DNA of 32,000 nucleotides from NCBI RefSeq assembly GCF_000012285.1, contig NC_007181.1:1710001-1742000 (forward strand), given 5' to 3'. Below the pieces are notes generated by a model. The model was not told the DNA's origin. It ran no database searches and was given only the letters and a program-made list of their open reading frames with translations. This document shows, piece after piece, positions 8,771 to 18,079 of this stretch; the stretch's first letter is position 1; each line of letters starts with the position of its first letter. Origin of the DNA: Sulfolobus acidocaldarius DSM 639. Its GTDB lineage: Archaea > Thermoproteota > Thermoprotei_A > Sulfolobales > Sulfolobaceae. The position numbers and the translations under genes are program-made.

Positions 8771-11044
8771 TTATTTTTCCCATCTTACATGACGAAGTCG
8801 AATCCTATCTTTCACTAGAATTATCAAAGCGATAACTACTGGACTCAGTAAGGAGATTATGAAAAAGTACGGAATAATGTTAGCCGGATAAAACTCTACA
8901 ATAGCAGTATATTCACCAGCTGGCATTAGCCAACTGTTAGCATAACCATTTGCCAGATAATGACTTTTCACCTCATGACTCTTAATTATGACTCTCCAAA
9001 AATTACTATAACCCTCATCTAGCACCAAGTAAAATGGCTTTGTAGCGTTGACCTTTACAACATACATCACGTTGTTGTAGTTATTTATAACTGTCATTTT
9101 AACGCCTGAAATGTTAGTTATGTTTACAGCACCATTACCGTAAATTAAGCTCTGCCTCTGAGCAGTCAATAGATTGTTGGAGTAGGTTAGGAAAATTTGG
9201 TTATAGTCCAGTGTATTTACAACTATACCCTCTGAGGCATAGATTAGGCTGACATTTAGGTTTATCCGATAAACGTTGTAGTAGTTGTTCTCCAAAGTTA
9301 ATGTCGCATTAGGTAAGTGAGAAAGGTAATACTCAAATTTACTGAAATTCCATGGGTATCCACCAGCTTGATATAATGGCACTCCTGGACCAGGATACTC
9401 ATTCTTGCTCAATACTATGTACTTTATACCAAGCAGGACTAGGAAATTTGTCACATTCTTAAAATTTCCAGGGAAGTACAAGTAAAGCGGGTTCGTAACC
9501 GTGTTGGGTATGGGAAGCTTCACAATTGTGCCCGTTATGAACTGAGAGAGAGGGTCAATATTGTGCAATGAAGCCATGGTAACGTTATCATGAATGTAAT
9601 ATATACCTGCAATATACTGTAAAGGTAATAATAATACATTATAGTTTTCTGCATTCTGGTGTAAATAGTAACCTACTTCTAAAAGCTCCTCTGGAGGATA
9701 GAACACATTAGTTGCTGCAACTGGTAAATAATCAAAGGTCTTTATTTGTTGATAAGAATCAGAGACAACAAAAGTGGACATGTAAACACTGACCAGTATT
9801 GACAGGAAAAGTAGCGATAGTATTTTCTTACGATTACTATTGAAAGTCCTCAAAAAGATAACTATTGCATACGAAACTAAAAAAGAGAGGAAAAATGCTA
9901 CGGGGAATCCAGAGAAAACAAATTGAACGCTAAACATCAATCCTACAGCAATGAAACCTATGGAAGATTGAGACAATGAAAATAATGGGACTAGGTTTAC
10001 GAAACCTACTGTTGCCCCTCCGATGATCAGAAGACTGAAAAAGGAAGGGTTGAATAACTTATTATCAGTCTTATTCTTCACAGACAAAATAGAGATTATA
10101 ACTAATACGACGAAGAGGAGTAAACCAATCCAAGTATACCGATTAGGAGCGAAGAGTGAAAAGAGTGACAGAGGTGTAAAACTGTTATACTGATCTTGTA
10201 ATTCAGCAATAGCCAGTGGCATCCCGTTAAACTGTCCATAAACACCGCTAGAGAAGGCATTTAAGGATGCAAAATAAACATTATATAACTCCTCCAATCC
10301 GGCTATAATTGCTAAACCATATAAAATGAGATTCTTTGTGAGGAATAACTTGAAGCTAATATTCTTTCTCCTCTCAGTGTATAAGGATATGAACATGATT
10401 AGGTAAATTACTAAGATCCAAAGGGTGTAGGAGGCAGTAACAAATTGATTACCACTTAACATGATGATATAAATAGGCAAAAGGGTCAACGTCAGGTAAT
10501 TTCTCTCCAAAAATACATACTTCATTGCGAAGTGGAGTAGGAGTGGGAATAGCATATAAAAGACAAAGAACGGATAATTAACCCCTAATATCGGTGGTCT
10601 ATATCCAAAGAACCCCCATGTATACATAAACCCTCCTAGAATCCCAGAGAGATAGATGTATGACTTATTCGTCTCTCTACCTAACAACGAGAGGAGAGTG
10701 TCAATCATCTTTACAAACCCAACTTTGGCTAAGAAAAAGAACAAGAGAAGGTATACCAGTTCTGATGTGGAGAAAGAGAGGTTAAGAACCTGAATTAAAA
10801 GGTAAAATATTAGTGCAGTGAAGAGGTTATGCTGTGAATAGGAGAAAGGAGCACCAGGAAAGAAATTATAATTCCAATAATCTACAAATATCTTATAAAG
10901 CCAGAGGGAAGGTATGAACGGAAAGCCTGAATCTATCCAGTAAATTATCCCACCTTTCAAGTAGTGTTCGAGAAGGAATAGGTCTAACAATAAGGTAGGT
11001 GGATAAAAGATAAGATCAAGCCGGCGAGCCCTGAGAAAGTCCAT
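8771..11044 (-). CDS. Large polytopic membrane protein, GT-C-fold glycosyltransferase-like (pair A, paralogue of 2336-4666)
   Basis: 757-aa ORF with the same architecture as 2336-4666. Shared motifs are YWIDSGFPFIP...WNYNFFPG, GIKYIVLSKNEYPGPG, GGYPWNFSKFE, GYSNFWRVIIKSHEVKSHYLANGYANSWLMPAGEYTAIVEF and a terminal TM helix. A TTTATATA box lies about 30 nt upstream of the ATG. Confidence 0.65.
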   Translation of the reverse strand: MDFLRARRLDLIFYPPTLLLDLFLLEHYLKGGIIYWIDSGFPFIPSLWLYKIFVDYWNYNFFPGAPFSYSQHNLFTALIFYLLIQVLNLSFSTSELVYLLLFFFLAKVGFVKMIDTLLSLLGRETNKSYIYLSGILGGFMYTWGFFGYRPPILGVNYPFFVFYMLFPLLLHFAMKYVFLERNYLTLTLLPIYIIMLSGNQFVTASYTLWILVIYLIMFISLYTERRKNISFKLFLTKNLILYGLAIIAGLEELYNVYFASLNAFSSGVYGQFNGMPLAIAELQDQYNSFTPLSLFSLFAPNRYTWIGLLLFVVLVIISILSVKNKTDNKLFNPSFFSLLIIGGATVGFVNLVPLFSLSQSSIGFIAVGLMFSVQFVFSGFPVAFFLSFLVSYAIVIFLRTFNSNRKKILSLLFLSILVSVYMSTFVVSDSYQQIKTFDYLPVAATNVFYPPEELLEVGYYLHQNAENYNVLLLPLQYIAGIYYIHDNVTMASLHNIDPLSQFITGTIVKLPIPNTVTNPLYLYFPGNFKNVTNFLVLLGIKYIVLSKNEYPGPGVPLYQAGGYPWNFSKFEYYLSHLPNATLTLENNYYNVYRINLNVSLIYASEGIVVNTLDYNQIFLTYSNNLLTAQRQSLIYGNGAVNITNISGVKMTVINNYNNVMYVVKVNATKPFYLVLDEGYSNFWRVIIKSHEVKSHYLANGYANSWLMPAGEYTAIVEFYPANIIPYFFIISLLSPVVIALIILVKDRIRLRHVRWEK

Positions 11045-11069
11045 ATTCCAATTTATCTAAAACTGCCAG

Positions 11070-11077
11070 TATATAAA
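11070..11077 (-). promoter_or_regulatory. TATA box for the 8771-11044 / 7417-8745 / 6446-7402 transcription unit
   Basis: The minus strand reads TTTATATA, centred about 30 nt upstream of the ATG at 11044. Confidence 0.4.
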
Positions 11078-11167
11078 GTCTAACCTTAATATTTAAAAAT
11101 AATTAAGTGGTTTGAAAATGATTTTAATTATCATTATAGACTAAGTGGCTAAATTAAAGCACTTCTC

Positions 11168-11947
11168 ATGAAAAAATTTATAATTGAATCCAGGGGAGTA
11201 AAAGTTAGATTGTACAGTCCTACAATAAAGAGACTAATTGAACTCTTGAGACAATACAAGAAAACTTACAAGAACTGGTATAGCGTGATGATAGATATAT
11301 TCAGAAGTAAGGATAGGGTCAAATGTGCGTTTAAATATGGAGAAGTAATTGAACTGACTAGGCTAGAGGCTATTCTGTTGTCAGGGTTGGACGTAAAGAA
11401 GTTGACCGATGATGAGGTCACTTTTTCCTTTCTTGGTAAGAACCTGATCTTAAGGGGTTGGAAGGATGGGTTCCCAGGAGATGCATTTAACGACTATCGA
11501 AAGGCAGATGTAAGGGAAAAGAAGGTATTAGACATTGGGGCAGCGATAGGAGACTCACCAATATACTTCAGCCTAATGGGGGCGAAAAGTGTAGTAGCAG
11601 TTGAGCCTGATCCGAAAAAGGTCAAGTATATGAAAGTTAACCTGGAACTAAATGACATAAGAAACGTAATAGTAGTTGATAAGGCTCTATCAACAGTCGA
11701 TAATGAAAGAGAAGTAAGATTGAATACACTTCTAGAGAAGTTCGGACCTTTTGATATAGCCAAGATTGACTGTGAAGGGTGTGAAAGGAGAGTTATCTCG
11801 GACATAAAAGGTATACCTGAAATAATTATTGAATGGGATTTTGAATATAGAAGTTTAGCCGAGAAGTTAAGGGAGGAAGGTTATGAGGTAAAGGTTGAAA
11901 AGCATGCTAGAGACCTTGGAATGATTTATGCTAGGTTTAAAAGGTAA
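11168..11947 (+). CDS. FkbM-family SAM-dependent methyltransferase
   Basis: 259-aa ORF. VLDIGAAIGDSPIYFSLMGAKSVVAVEPDP is the SAM-binding motif I plus the acidic strand-2 end. DIAKIDCEGCERRV is the FkbM-type K-h-D-h-E-G-x-E motif. Confidence 0.8.
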   Translation: MKKFIIESRGVKVRLYSPTIKRLIELLRQYKKTYKNWYSVMIDIFRSKDRVKCAFKYGEVIELTRLEAILLSGLDVKKLTDDEVTFSFLGKNLILRGWKDGFPGDAFNDYRKADVREKKVLDIGAAIGDSPIYFSLMGAKSVVAVEPDPKKVKYMKVNLELNDIRNVIVVDKALSTVDNEREVRLNTLLEKFGPFDIAKIDCEGCERRVISDIKGIPEIIIEWDFEYRSLAEKLREEGYEVKVEKHARDLGMIYARFKR

Positions 11948-12457
11948 AATTGGTAAGAAAAAGGGTATTTAGAGGTTTATTGTCCTAGTCCAAATAATAA
12001 CTTATAGTGTTATAAAAAAGGAAAAATCTTCTTGTCATATATTCGTAAACATACGAAACTTAACCCTTAAATATTTAGTCCTCGTAATATCTCCTGGACG
12101 ACAAAGATGCTTAAATTAAATTAGATTGACCCATATACTAATGTACGTTTCGAAGATGCCTGTTAATCAAATTTTCTTTCAGGTTAAAACCATGTACTAT
12201 AGCCCTACTGAACTTAAAATATAACACTTTACTAAAGAGCAAACTTTGTACAAATACGAGGTTACGCTCATAATACGTAAAAATTTCTTGTGTAGCTTCA
12301 GGGCCAAATCATTAGTAAGAGTGACCTTAACGTCTCGTAATAGACTTTAATCTTAATGTAATGATAAATATAACAACTTCATCTATTAACATATCTTAGT
12401 CTATACTGAGGAAAGAGATCGTGATTAGCATCTCCAAGTTTTAATATCTCTCAATAA

Positions 12458-12466
12458 TTTTATAAG
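12458..12466 (+). promoter_or_regulatory. TATA box supporting the GTG start at 12488
   Basis: TTTTATAAG is centred 26 nt upstream of GTG 12488. No in-frame ATG precedes the first TM helix. Confidence 0.4.
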
Positions 12467-12487
12467 TCAAGCGTTTCATATGGTTCT

Positions 12488-14938
12488 GTGCGTAGGCTAA
12501 AGTTATCAAGAGATAAATTAAGCTTCAAAACACTGATAAACAACTATCACCTGATAATTCTGGCACTTTCTTTCGTATTATTTAACATTATTATAAACTT
12601 CTTGTTTTTCGTAGTGCTTTATAATCTCAACTATTCGTCCTACAATTTGAGCATGTTCATACAAGAGTTGTATTCCGCATCTCAAGGAAAGCCCTTCTAT
12701 GATACTATAAATTTACTTTTTAGGGGAATTCCATATGGGTTAGCCATACATCCTTACCTCATACTATATATTTTAGTACCCCTGTACAAGGCATTTCCGT
12801 CTTGGTTGACCCTATCGTTAGTGGAATCTCTTGTACTAACATTGGCTTCCCTCTACCTTTATAAGATAGCTCGAGAGGTATTACCTCAGAGTAAGTTACT
12901 TCCAGTTATATCATCTATGATCTTCTTATTTAATCCTTTAACAGTTGCATCTTTTCTCTCTGGCTTCCAGGTTTTATCATTCATACCCCTCTTTTATCTA
13001 GCGTCCTACTATTACTACCTTACTAAAAGATGGAAGCTATTCATAATATCAACAGCATTGTTATTACTCACATCGGAGGCATCATACCCAATTGTATTGA
13101 CTTATATGGTTCTTTTGATTATAAAGAACAAAAATAATAACAAGTTACTTAGCAAGTCGTTCTTTAGGAGAAATATACTTTTCTTATCTGTGATTGTAGC
13201 TACTATAGTCATTGCATTAACACTTCCAACTTTTCTGCAAACTAAGTATACTGGTACATCACATAGTATCTTACAAGACATTGAACAATATTACTCGTTA
13301 AATTACGTTAATTATGATATACTTAATAAACTGGAATACTGGCTACTTGTATTTGGATCATTTGGTGCATTATCACTTTTCTCTCCTCTAGAATTATTAC
13401 CAGCATTACCCTACATTTTACTTACTGTTATGTCATTTTATCCAAATTATTACACACCAGGGTATTACTACTTCTTCCTAGTACTACCTATGTTAGCTGT
13501 TGCTTTAGTTTACACCTTGAAAAAAATACATGATATAAAAAGGGTAGTAAGAGTAGCATTAGTGTTTGTCCTTCTTATTGGTGTTTTCTTCAATCCCTAC
13601 ATCTATACTACTTTTCAATCCTATAACTCCCCAAAAATAGTCTCGCCCGGCTATCCTCCATCCTTTAATACTACATTAGCTAGTGTTAACCAAATGTACA
13701 TTAATGAGCTTACTTCACTTATTCCACCAAACTCCAGTATAGTAGCAACTACTGATCTCTTACCGTTTGTCTCAAATAGTATGAATGCATATGTTCTTCC
13801 ACCATACTCTAACGTAAATTTAAATATATTGAAAAATTTAAACGTATTGAAACGATTAGCACCTACACCTAATTACTTATTAATTGACGGGTCATTTTTG
13901 ACCCCGTCTTTTAATTCAATTGAAGGAAATTATGGTATATATGCTGAGACCAATGGTATATCATTATATAAGTTGAACTACTCAGGAGAAGTGAAACTAT
14001 TTGCCCCGTTAATTCAGTTTATCCCTGCCTACGATTTTTACATTTGGTCTTATGTTCCACCCACACAAGTTAATGTGGTAAATGATAATCAATTCGGGAA
14101 AGTTTATATGTACGTTAAAAATGGTTATAAATCCGATGGAGCTACTCTGTGGTTTGGTCCTTACATTCATTTACCCCAAGGTACATATCTCGCTGAATTC
14201 TATCTTAAATTTGATAACGTCACTACTAACGGTAGTTTACTTAGGATAGACATTAATATAAATCCTTATGGGTCTCCAATTTACAAAATAATTAACTCGA
14301 GTGACATCGTTCAAGGAAAATGGATGAAATTCGATCTATTATTTACTATTCCTTATAATGAGCTATTATCGAGTGTGGAATTCAGAGGCTTCTCTATATC
14401 AAATCAATCCAACATTTATTTTGCAGGTGTCAAGTTAATTCAGATTAGTCCATATGTAAACTACATATATCCTGCCTGTGATTTCGCCACTATTAATGGT
14501 ATTAAGCAGACCCAAGGAAATTTCATACTAGGTGGTTGTGACATAGTATTAAATAGTAGTACAGCTATCTGGTATGGTCCTTATATAACCTTACCAGAAG
14601 GAAATTTCACTGCCTATTATATTTTCTCTATGGACTTAAATAAACGGAACTTTACCCCTAACACTACTATACTTACTTTAGATATATCCTATGACATAGG
14701 CAAATACATTTTAAACACTTTGAACATCAACGATAGTGAACTCATTAGATATAATGTTAATGGAGTTTATCTAGTCCCCTTGACGTTTTCGCTTAACCAA
14801 ACTACAAGTTATGTTGAATTTAGAGGATTTAATTTTAATGCCGAAGGAGAAGTATATTTCTACGGTGCAATAATAGTGCCAGACTATGATAATTATACCC
14901 CTAGTTTTTTAATAAATTATCTCAATTCTCTACAATAG
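12488..14938 (+). CDS. DUF2079-like polytopic membrane protein (GT-C-like) with duplicated C-terminal soluble module (pair B)
   Basis: 816-aa ORF. The N-terminal ~380 aa is multi-TM, with the DUF2079-type first-loop region (YNLSMFIQELYSASQGKPFYD). The C-terminal ~430 aa is soluble and sequon-rich. It contains two copies of a module marked by LWFGPYIHLPQGTYLAEFY...VEFRGFSISNQSNIYFAGV and IWYGPYITLPEGNFTAYYI...VEFRGFNFNAEGEVYFYGA, at about nt 14090-14460 and 14530-14890. Confidence 0.7.
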   Translation: MRRLKLSRDKLSFKTLINNYHLIILALSFVLFNIIINFLFFVVLYNLNYSSYNLSMFIQELYSASQGKPFYDTINLLFRGIPYGLAIHPYLILYILVPLYKAFPSWLTLSLVESLVLTLASLYLYKIAREVLPQSKLLPVISSMIFLFNPLTVASFLSGFQVLSFIPLFYLASYYYYLTKRWKLFIISTALLLLTSEASYPIVLTYMVLLIIKNKNNNKLLSKSFFRRNILFLSVIVATIVIALTLPTFLQTKYTGTSHSILQDIEQYYSLNYVNYDILNKLEYWLLVFGSFGALSLFSPLELLPALPYILLTVMSFYPNYYTPGYYYFFLVLPMLAVALVYTLKKIHDIKRVVRVALVFVLLIGVFFNPYIYTTFQSYNSPKIVSPGYPPSFNTTLASVNQMYINELTSLIPPNSSIVATTDLLPFVSNSMNAYVLPPYSNVNLNILKNLNVLKRLAPTPNYLLIDGSFLTPSFNSIEGNYGIYAETNGISLYKLNYSGEVKLFAPLIQFIPAYDFYIWSYVPPTQVNVVNDNQFGKVYMYVKNGYKSDGATLWFGPYIHLPQGTYLAEFYLKFDNVTTNGSLLRIDININPYGSPIYKIINSSDIVQGKWMKFDLLFTIPYNELLSSVEFRGFSISNQSNIYFAGVKLIQISPYVNYIYPACDFATINGIKQTQGNFILGGCDIVLNSSTAIWYGPYITLPEGNFTAYYIFSMDLNKRNFTPNTTILTLDISYDIGKYILNTLNINDSELIRYNVNGVYLVPLTFSLNQTTSYVEFRGFNFNAEGEVYFYGAIIVPDYDNYTPSFLINYLNSLQ

Positions 14939-15043
14939 TATATTTGACCTTTTTATTTAGACTATAAGGTCTAGACAGTAATATTGAATTATTATAGTAA
15001 ATTTTTGGTTTGGAGGAGAATTAAATGAGAAAAAATTCAGATT
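14939..15043. terminator. Shared terminator region of the convergent pair-B genes
   Basis: A T-tract (ctttttattt, from 14950) lies 12 nt after the plus-gene stop. A T6 run on the minus strand (15030-15035) lies about 9 nt after the minus-gene stop. A small inverted repeat tagac-tataag-gtcta sits between them. Oligo-T tracts are the usual archaeal termination signal. Confidence 0.35.
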
Positions 15044-17485
15044 TTACTTAAATTGAAAGTTATAAAGGAACAATTGATAATTATTTTCAAAATACTTTAA
15101 AGTATATGTATCATTTGAATAAGTTACTAATACTCCATAAAAGTATATATGAGCAGGCAGGTTAAAGTTGAATCCTCTAAACTCTATAAAACTCGTCGTT
15201 GAATTTAAAGTAATATTTACCTTTACTAGAAACAGATTATCATTAATTCTTAAGAGATCATTGGCAGTAATGCCCTTAGATACAATTATCTTACTAACCT
15301 TCTCAATAGGTATATCTATGTTCAATATTGTAGTGTTTTTATATAGACTAAGATCTGCGGTGTTATCTATGCCGATTATATAATACACAGTATAGTTGCC
15401 CTTAGGTAAGGTCACATAAGGACCGTACCATATAAATTCTGAAGTCTCATCACTGACTATATAAGGTGCTAAAAATGGGCTGTAAACTTTCTGACCGTGA
15501 TAAACATCAAACATGCTGGCAGGATAGAAATAGAAAGAGTAAGGACTTATCTCAGTTATGTTAACACCTCCGAAATATATAGTTATATTTGGATAGTAAG
15601 ATAAACCTCTAAACTCTAGTTGTTCAAAGTAGTCTTTTATCGTGAATATTATATTAAACACCATCCACTTCCCTTGAACAACATCATTTGAAGATATGAT
15701 ACTATAATTCAATGTACCTGAGGACGTACTTACAACCTCAACTCTCATAAGGTTTGTAATATAAAGTGGGACGTTTTCTAATTTGACGTAGAACTGAGCT
15801 ACGTAAGTACCTGTAGGTAGGTTGTAATAGGGACCATACCAGAGAGGTGTATTTAATGGATAAGTGCCATTTTTATATACGTAAACTGTGCCAATTTGAG
15901 GATCATTTACTTCAAAATAAGTCGGTGATCCTACATAGAAGTTTAATGCAGAGAAATACTTTGAAAACGGTTTAAAGTAGACTATGGGACCAGTGTAATT
16001 TGCCTTAAGTAAGAGTAGACCGTTTGCCTCTGCCAACATACTGTAATTTCCTCGGATGTAACTTAGAAACAATTCAGGTTCACTGAGGAAAATATAGTCT
16101 GGAAATCTTGGTGAATATTTTAATTGGCTAGATGTTATTAAACTACCATATAACGGGTAGGAATTAAGGTTATTTGCCACAAATGGAAATAAATTATTAC
16201 TAGCTAACACAACAGCATTTTCAGGTATTAATGAAGTCATATTAGATATGACCTCGTAATTTGAATTAGCTAAACTTAAATTGAAGGGTGGAACATACCC
16301 TCCACCGTAATATCTTGGGGAATTCATAGCTTGTAAGTTGTTATATGTAAAAGGATTTAGTAGAAATGAAATAAAGAGAACTATAACTAGAGCTACCTTA
16401 ATTACTCCTGGTCTTTTCAACAATGTATTTAATGAATGTAGTGAGGCTGTTGCCATCGGTCCTAATGCGATAAACACGTATTGGTAACCTATTCCTGAAT
16501 ACGTCAACATTATTGAAAATAAAGATGTGCCAATATATGGTAGAGCTGGCAGTAACTCTATGGGGGAGAACAACGGAAGGAAACCGAAGGAAGCGAAATA
16601 CATAAGCCAAAAACTCGACTTAAAGCTCCACGCATAATTTATTCCTTTTAGAAATAAATAAGTTATAGTAGAGTATAGATAATGGGTAGTAGAGGAATGA
16701 GAAGAGGTTGCGAAAATAGAGTTAAGATAATGAGGTATAGTTAGCCCCATTATTATTGATATAATAATAAAAATTAAAAATAATGTAGTATTTTTAAGAA
16801 AAAATTTAATTTTTGTTCCTTTTTTATAACTTTTTATTATCAAGTAAATCATAAATAGGATAACTATTGGGTACGCCGCTTCCATGGATAATAGTAAAAA
16901 GATAATGAATGTGGAAAACCTTCTCCAAGCTTTAATAAGGTAATAATAATATGCACCTAAATAAAATAAAGGAAAAAACACTTCTGCGTGGAAATCATAT
17001 AGGTAACCAGATATAGAAAGAGGATTAAATAAATACAGGATAGTAAATATTAGTGGTAATGTTCTAAATCCATTTTCCTTAAATAATGTAGAGCCTATCT
17101 TATATACATATATCGATGATAATGATATAATAAGAGATTGAGTTAATGAAAGCGTTAGCCAAGATGGGAAAAAATAGTATATCGGTAATAAGAAGAACAT
17201 TATGAAATATGGGTGGATACCCAATCCACTTATTACTCCATAATATGTAAAATTAGGCGAATCATAAAATATTCTTCCATGCAGAGTAGAATAAAGCTCC
17301 TGTAAGAAAATACCTAGGTCAAAAGCACCAGAGTAAAGATCATATAACCTTATATAAAACATCAAATTCACAAGAATGTTGAAAATGACATTCATAATAA
17401 TCAAGACAACATAGTCTCGTTTTAAGTATCGGGATAAGGAAAGTATTGTATTATAATTAACATAGAATGCATAACGTCTAGCCAT
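15044..17485 (-). CDS. DUF2079-like polytopic membrane protein (GT-C-like) with duplicated C-terminal soluble module (pair B)
   Basis: 813-aa ORF. It has the canonical first-loop motif GAFDLGIFLQELYSTLHGRIFYDS. It shares FPSWLTLSL, FSP(I/L)ELLPALPYI, S(S/N)D(I/V)VQGKWM and EFRGFNFN with 12488-14938. Its two C-terminal modules are marked by PLWYGPYYNLPTGTYVAQFY and FIWYGPYVTLPKGNYTVYYI. Confidence 0.7.
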   Translation of the reverse strand: MARRYAFYVNYNTILSLSRYLKRDYVVLIIMNVIFNILVNLMFYIRLYDLYSGAFDLGIFLQELYSTLHGRIFYDSPNFTYYGVISGLGIHPYFIMFFLLPIYYFFPSWLTLSLTQSLIISLSSIYVYKIGSTLFKENGFRTLPLIFTILYLFNPLSISGYLYDFHAEVFFPLFYLGAYYYYLIKAWRRFSTFIIFLLLSMEAAYPIVILFMIYLIIKSYKKGTKIKFFLKNTTLFLIFIIISIIMGLTIPHYLNSIFATSSHSSTTHYLYSTITYLFLKGINYAWSFKSSFWLMYFASFGFLPLFSPIELLPALPYIGTSLFSIMLTYSGIGYQYVFIALGPMATASLHSLNTLLKRPGVIKVALVIVLFISFLLNPFTYNNLQAMNSPRYYGGGYVPPFNLSLANSNYEVISNMTSLIPENAVVLASNNLFPFVANNLNSYPLYGSLITSSQLKYSPRFPDYIFLSEPELFLSYIRGNYSMLAEANGLLLLKANYTGPIVYFKPFSKYFSALNFYVGSPTYFEVNDPQIGTVYVYKNGTYPLNTPLWYGPYYNLPTGTYVAQFYVKLENVPLYITNLMRVEVVSTSSGTLNYSIISSNDVVQGKWMVFNIIFTIKDYFEQLEFRGLSYYPNITIYFGGVNITEISPYSFYFYPASMFDVYHGQKVYSPFLAPYIVSDETSEFIWYGPYVTLPKGNYTVYYIIGIDNTADLSLYKNTTILNIDIPIEKVSKIIVSKGITANDLLRINDNLFLVKVNITLNSTTSFIEFRGFNFNLPAHIYFYGVLVTYSNDTYTLKYFENNYQLFLYNFQFK

Positions 17486-17863
17486 GACAGATATAGTTAT
17501 AAGGTCAAGTTTATATTTTTAACTTAAACCATTTAATGTATTTTGTAGAGTACGTCTTTTTATTTATTTTAGCCCAATTATTATGTTAAATTTTTTAATA
17601 ATAAAATAAATAGATGAAATTATTTAATAATGATAAAAATCTGTTCTTTTATGTTAGTGTTTGCTGTTATCATAAAAATGACATGAAACGTACAGCTCAA
17701 AATTTTTCATGATCGATGTAAAAAATATTACCAACTAGGGAAACCCTAGAATTCGTATTTTACTTATAAAAAGAAATAAAATTCTGCTCATTCCTCTAAG
17801 TTTTTTAGGTAAAAGGTTTATAGCTAGTGAAACTTTTTCCTTTCTTTATAATTTTTAAAGATT

Positions 17864-17894
17864 TTATAATTATAAAAATAGTTATAATTATAAA
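17864..17894. repeat. AT-only direct repeat of TTATAATTATAAA (two copies, 18-bp period), built from tandem TTATAA palindromes
   Basis: ttataattataaa occurs at 17864-17876 and again at 17882-17894. A third partial copy (tttataatt) lies near 17845. All sit inside a long A/T block. Confidence 0.6.
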
Positions 17895-18079
17895 TTCCTT
17901 TGAAATTAAATAGATAAAAGAAATTAATATTAATACCAACCTTTAAGTTCATGGTTATAGAGTGGTAATATTCCTTGATTTACACTAAAATGTAGGTAAG
18001 TAAGCTTGTTGTTATAATATTTATGATTTGGGAATTGATGCACTAAATATCCTTAGAGTTTGGGAATAAGATACAAGGA

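Noticed and set aside
8540-8818. 92-aa plus-strand ORF spanning the junction of two minus-strand genes
   Set aside because: It overlaps the start of the GT4 gene and the end of the pair-A gene on the opposite strand. It has no independent support.
11494-11805. 103-aa ORF antisense to the FkbM methyltransferase gene
   Set aside because: It is a shadow ORF with Ser/Thr/Leu-rich, low-information sequence.
12360-12409. Possible C/D-box sRNA (AUGAUAA ... CUGA, 49 nt apart) in the 540-bp spacer upstream of 12488
   Set aside because: The C box is imperfect (A at the position where G pairs with the D-box C). There are no internal D'/C' boxes at the expected spacing and no terminal stem.
15168-15383. 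71-aa plus-strand ORF inside 15044-17485 (also 16398-16610, an out-of-frame minus-strand ORF inside the same gene)
   Set aside because: Both are nested in a long ORF with strong paralogue support, so they are likely chance frames.
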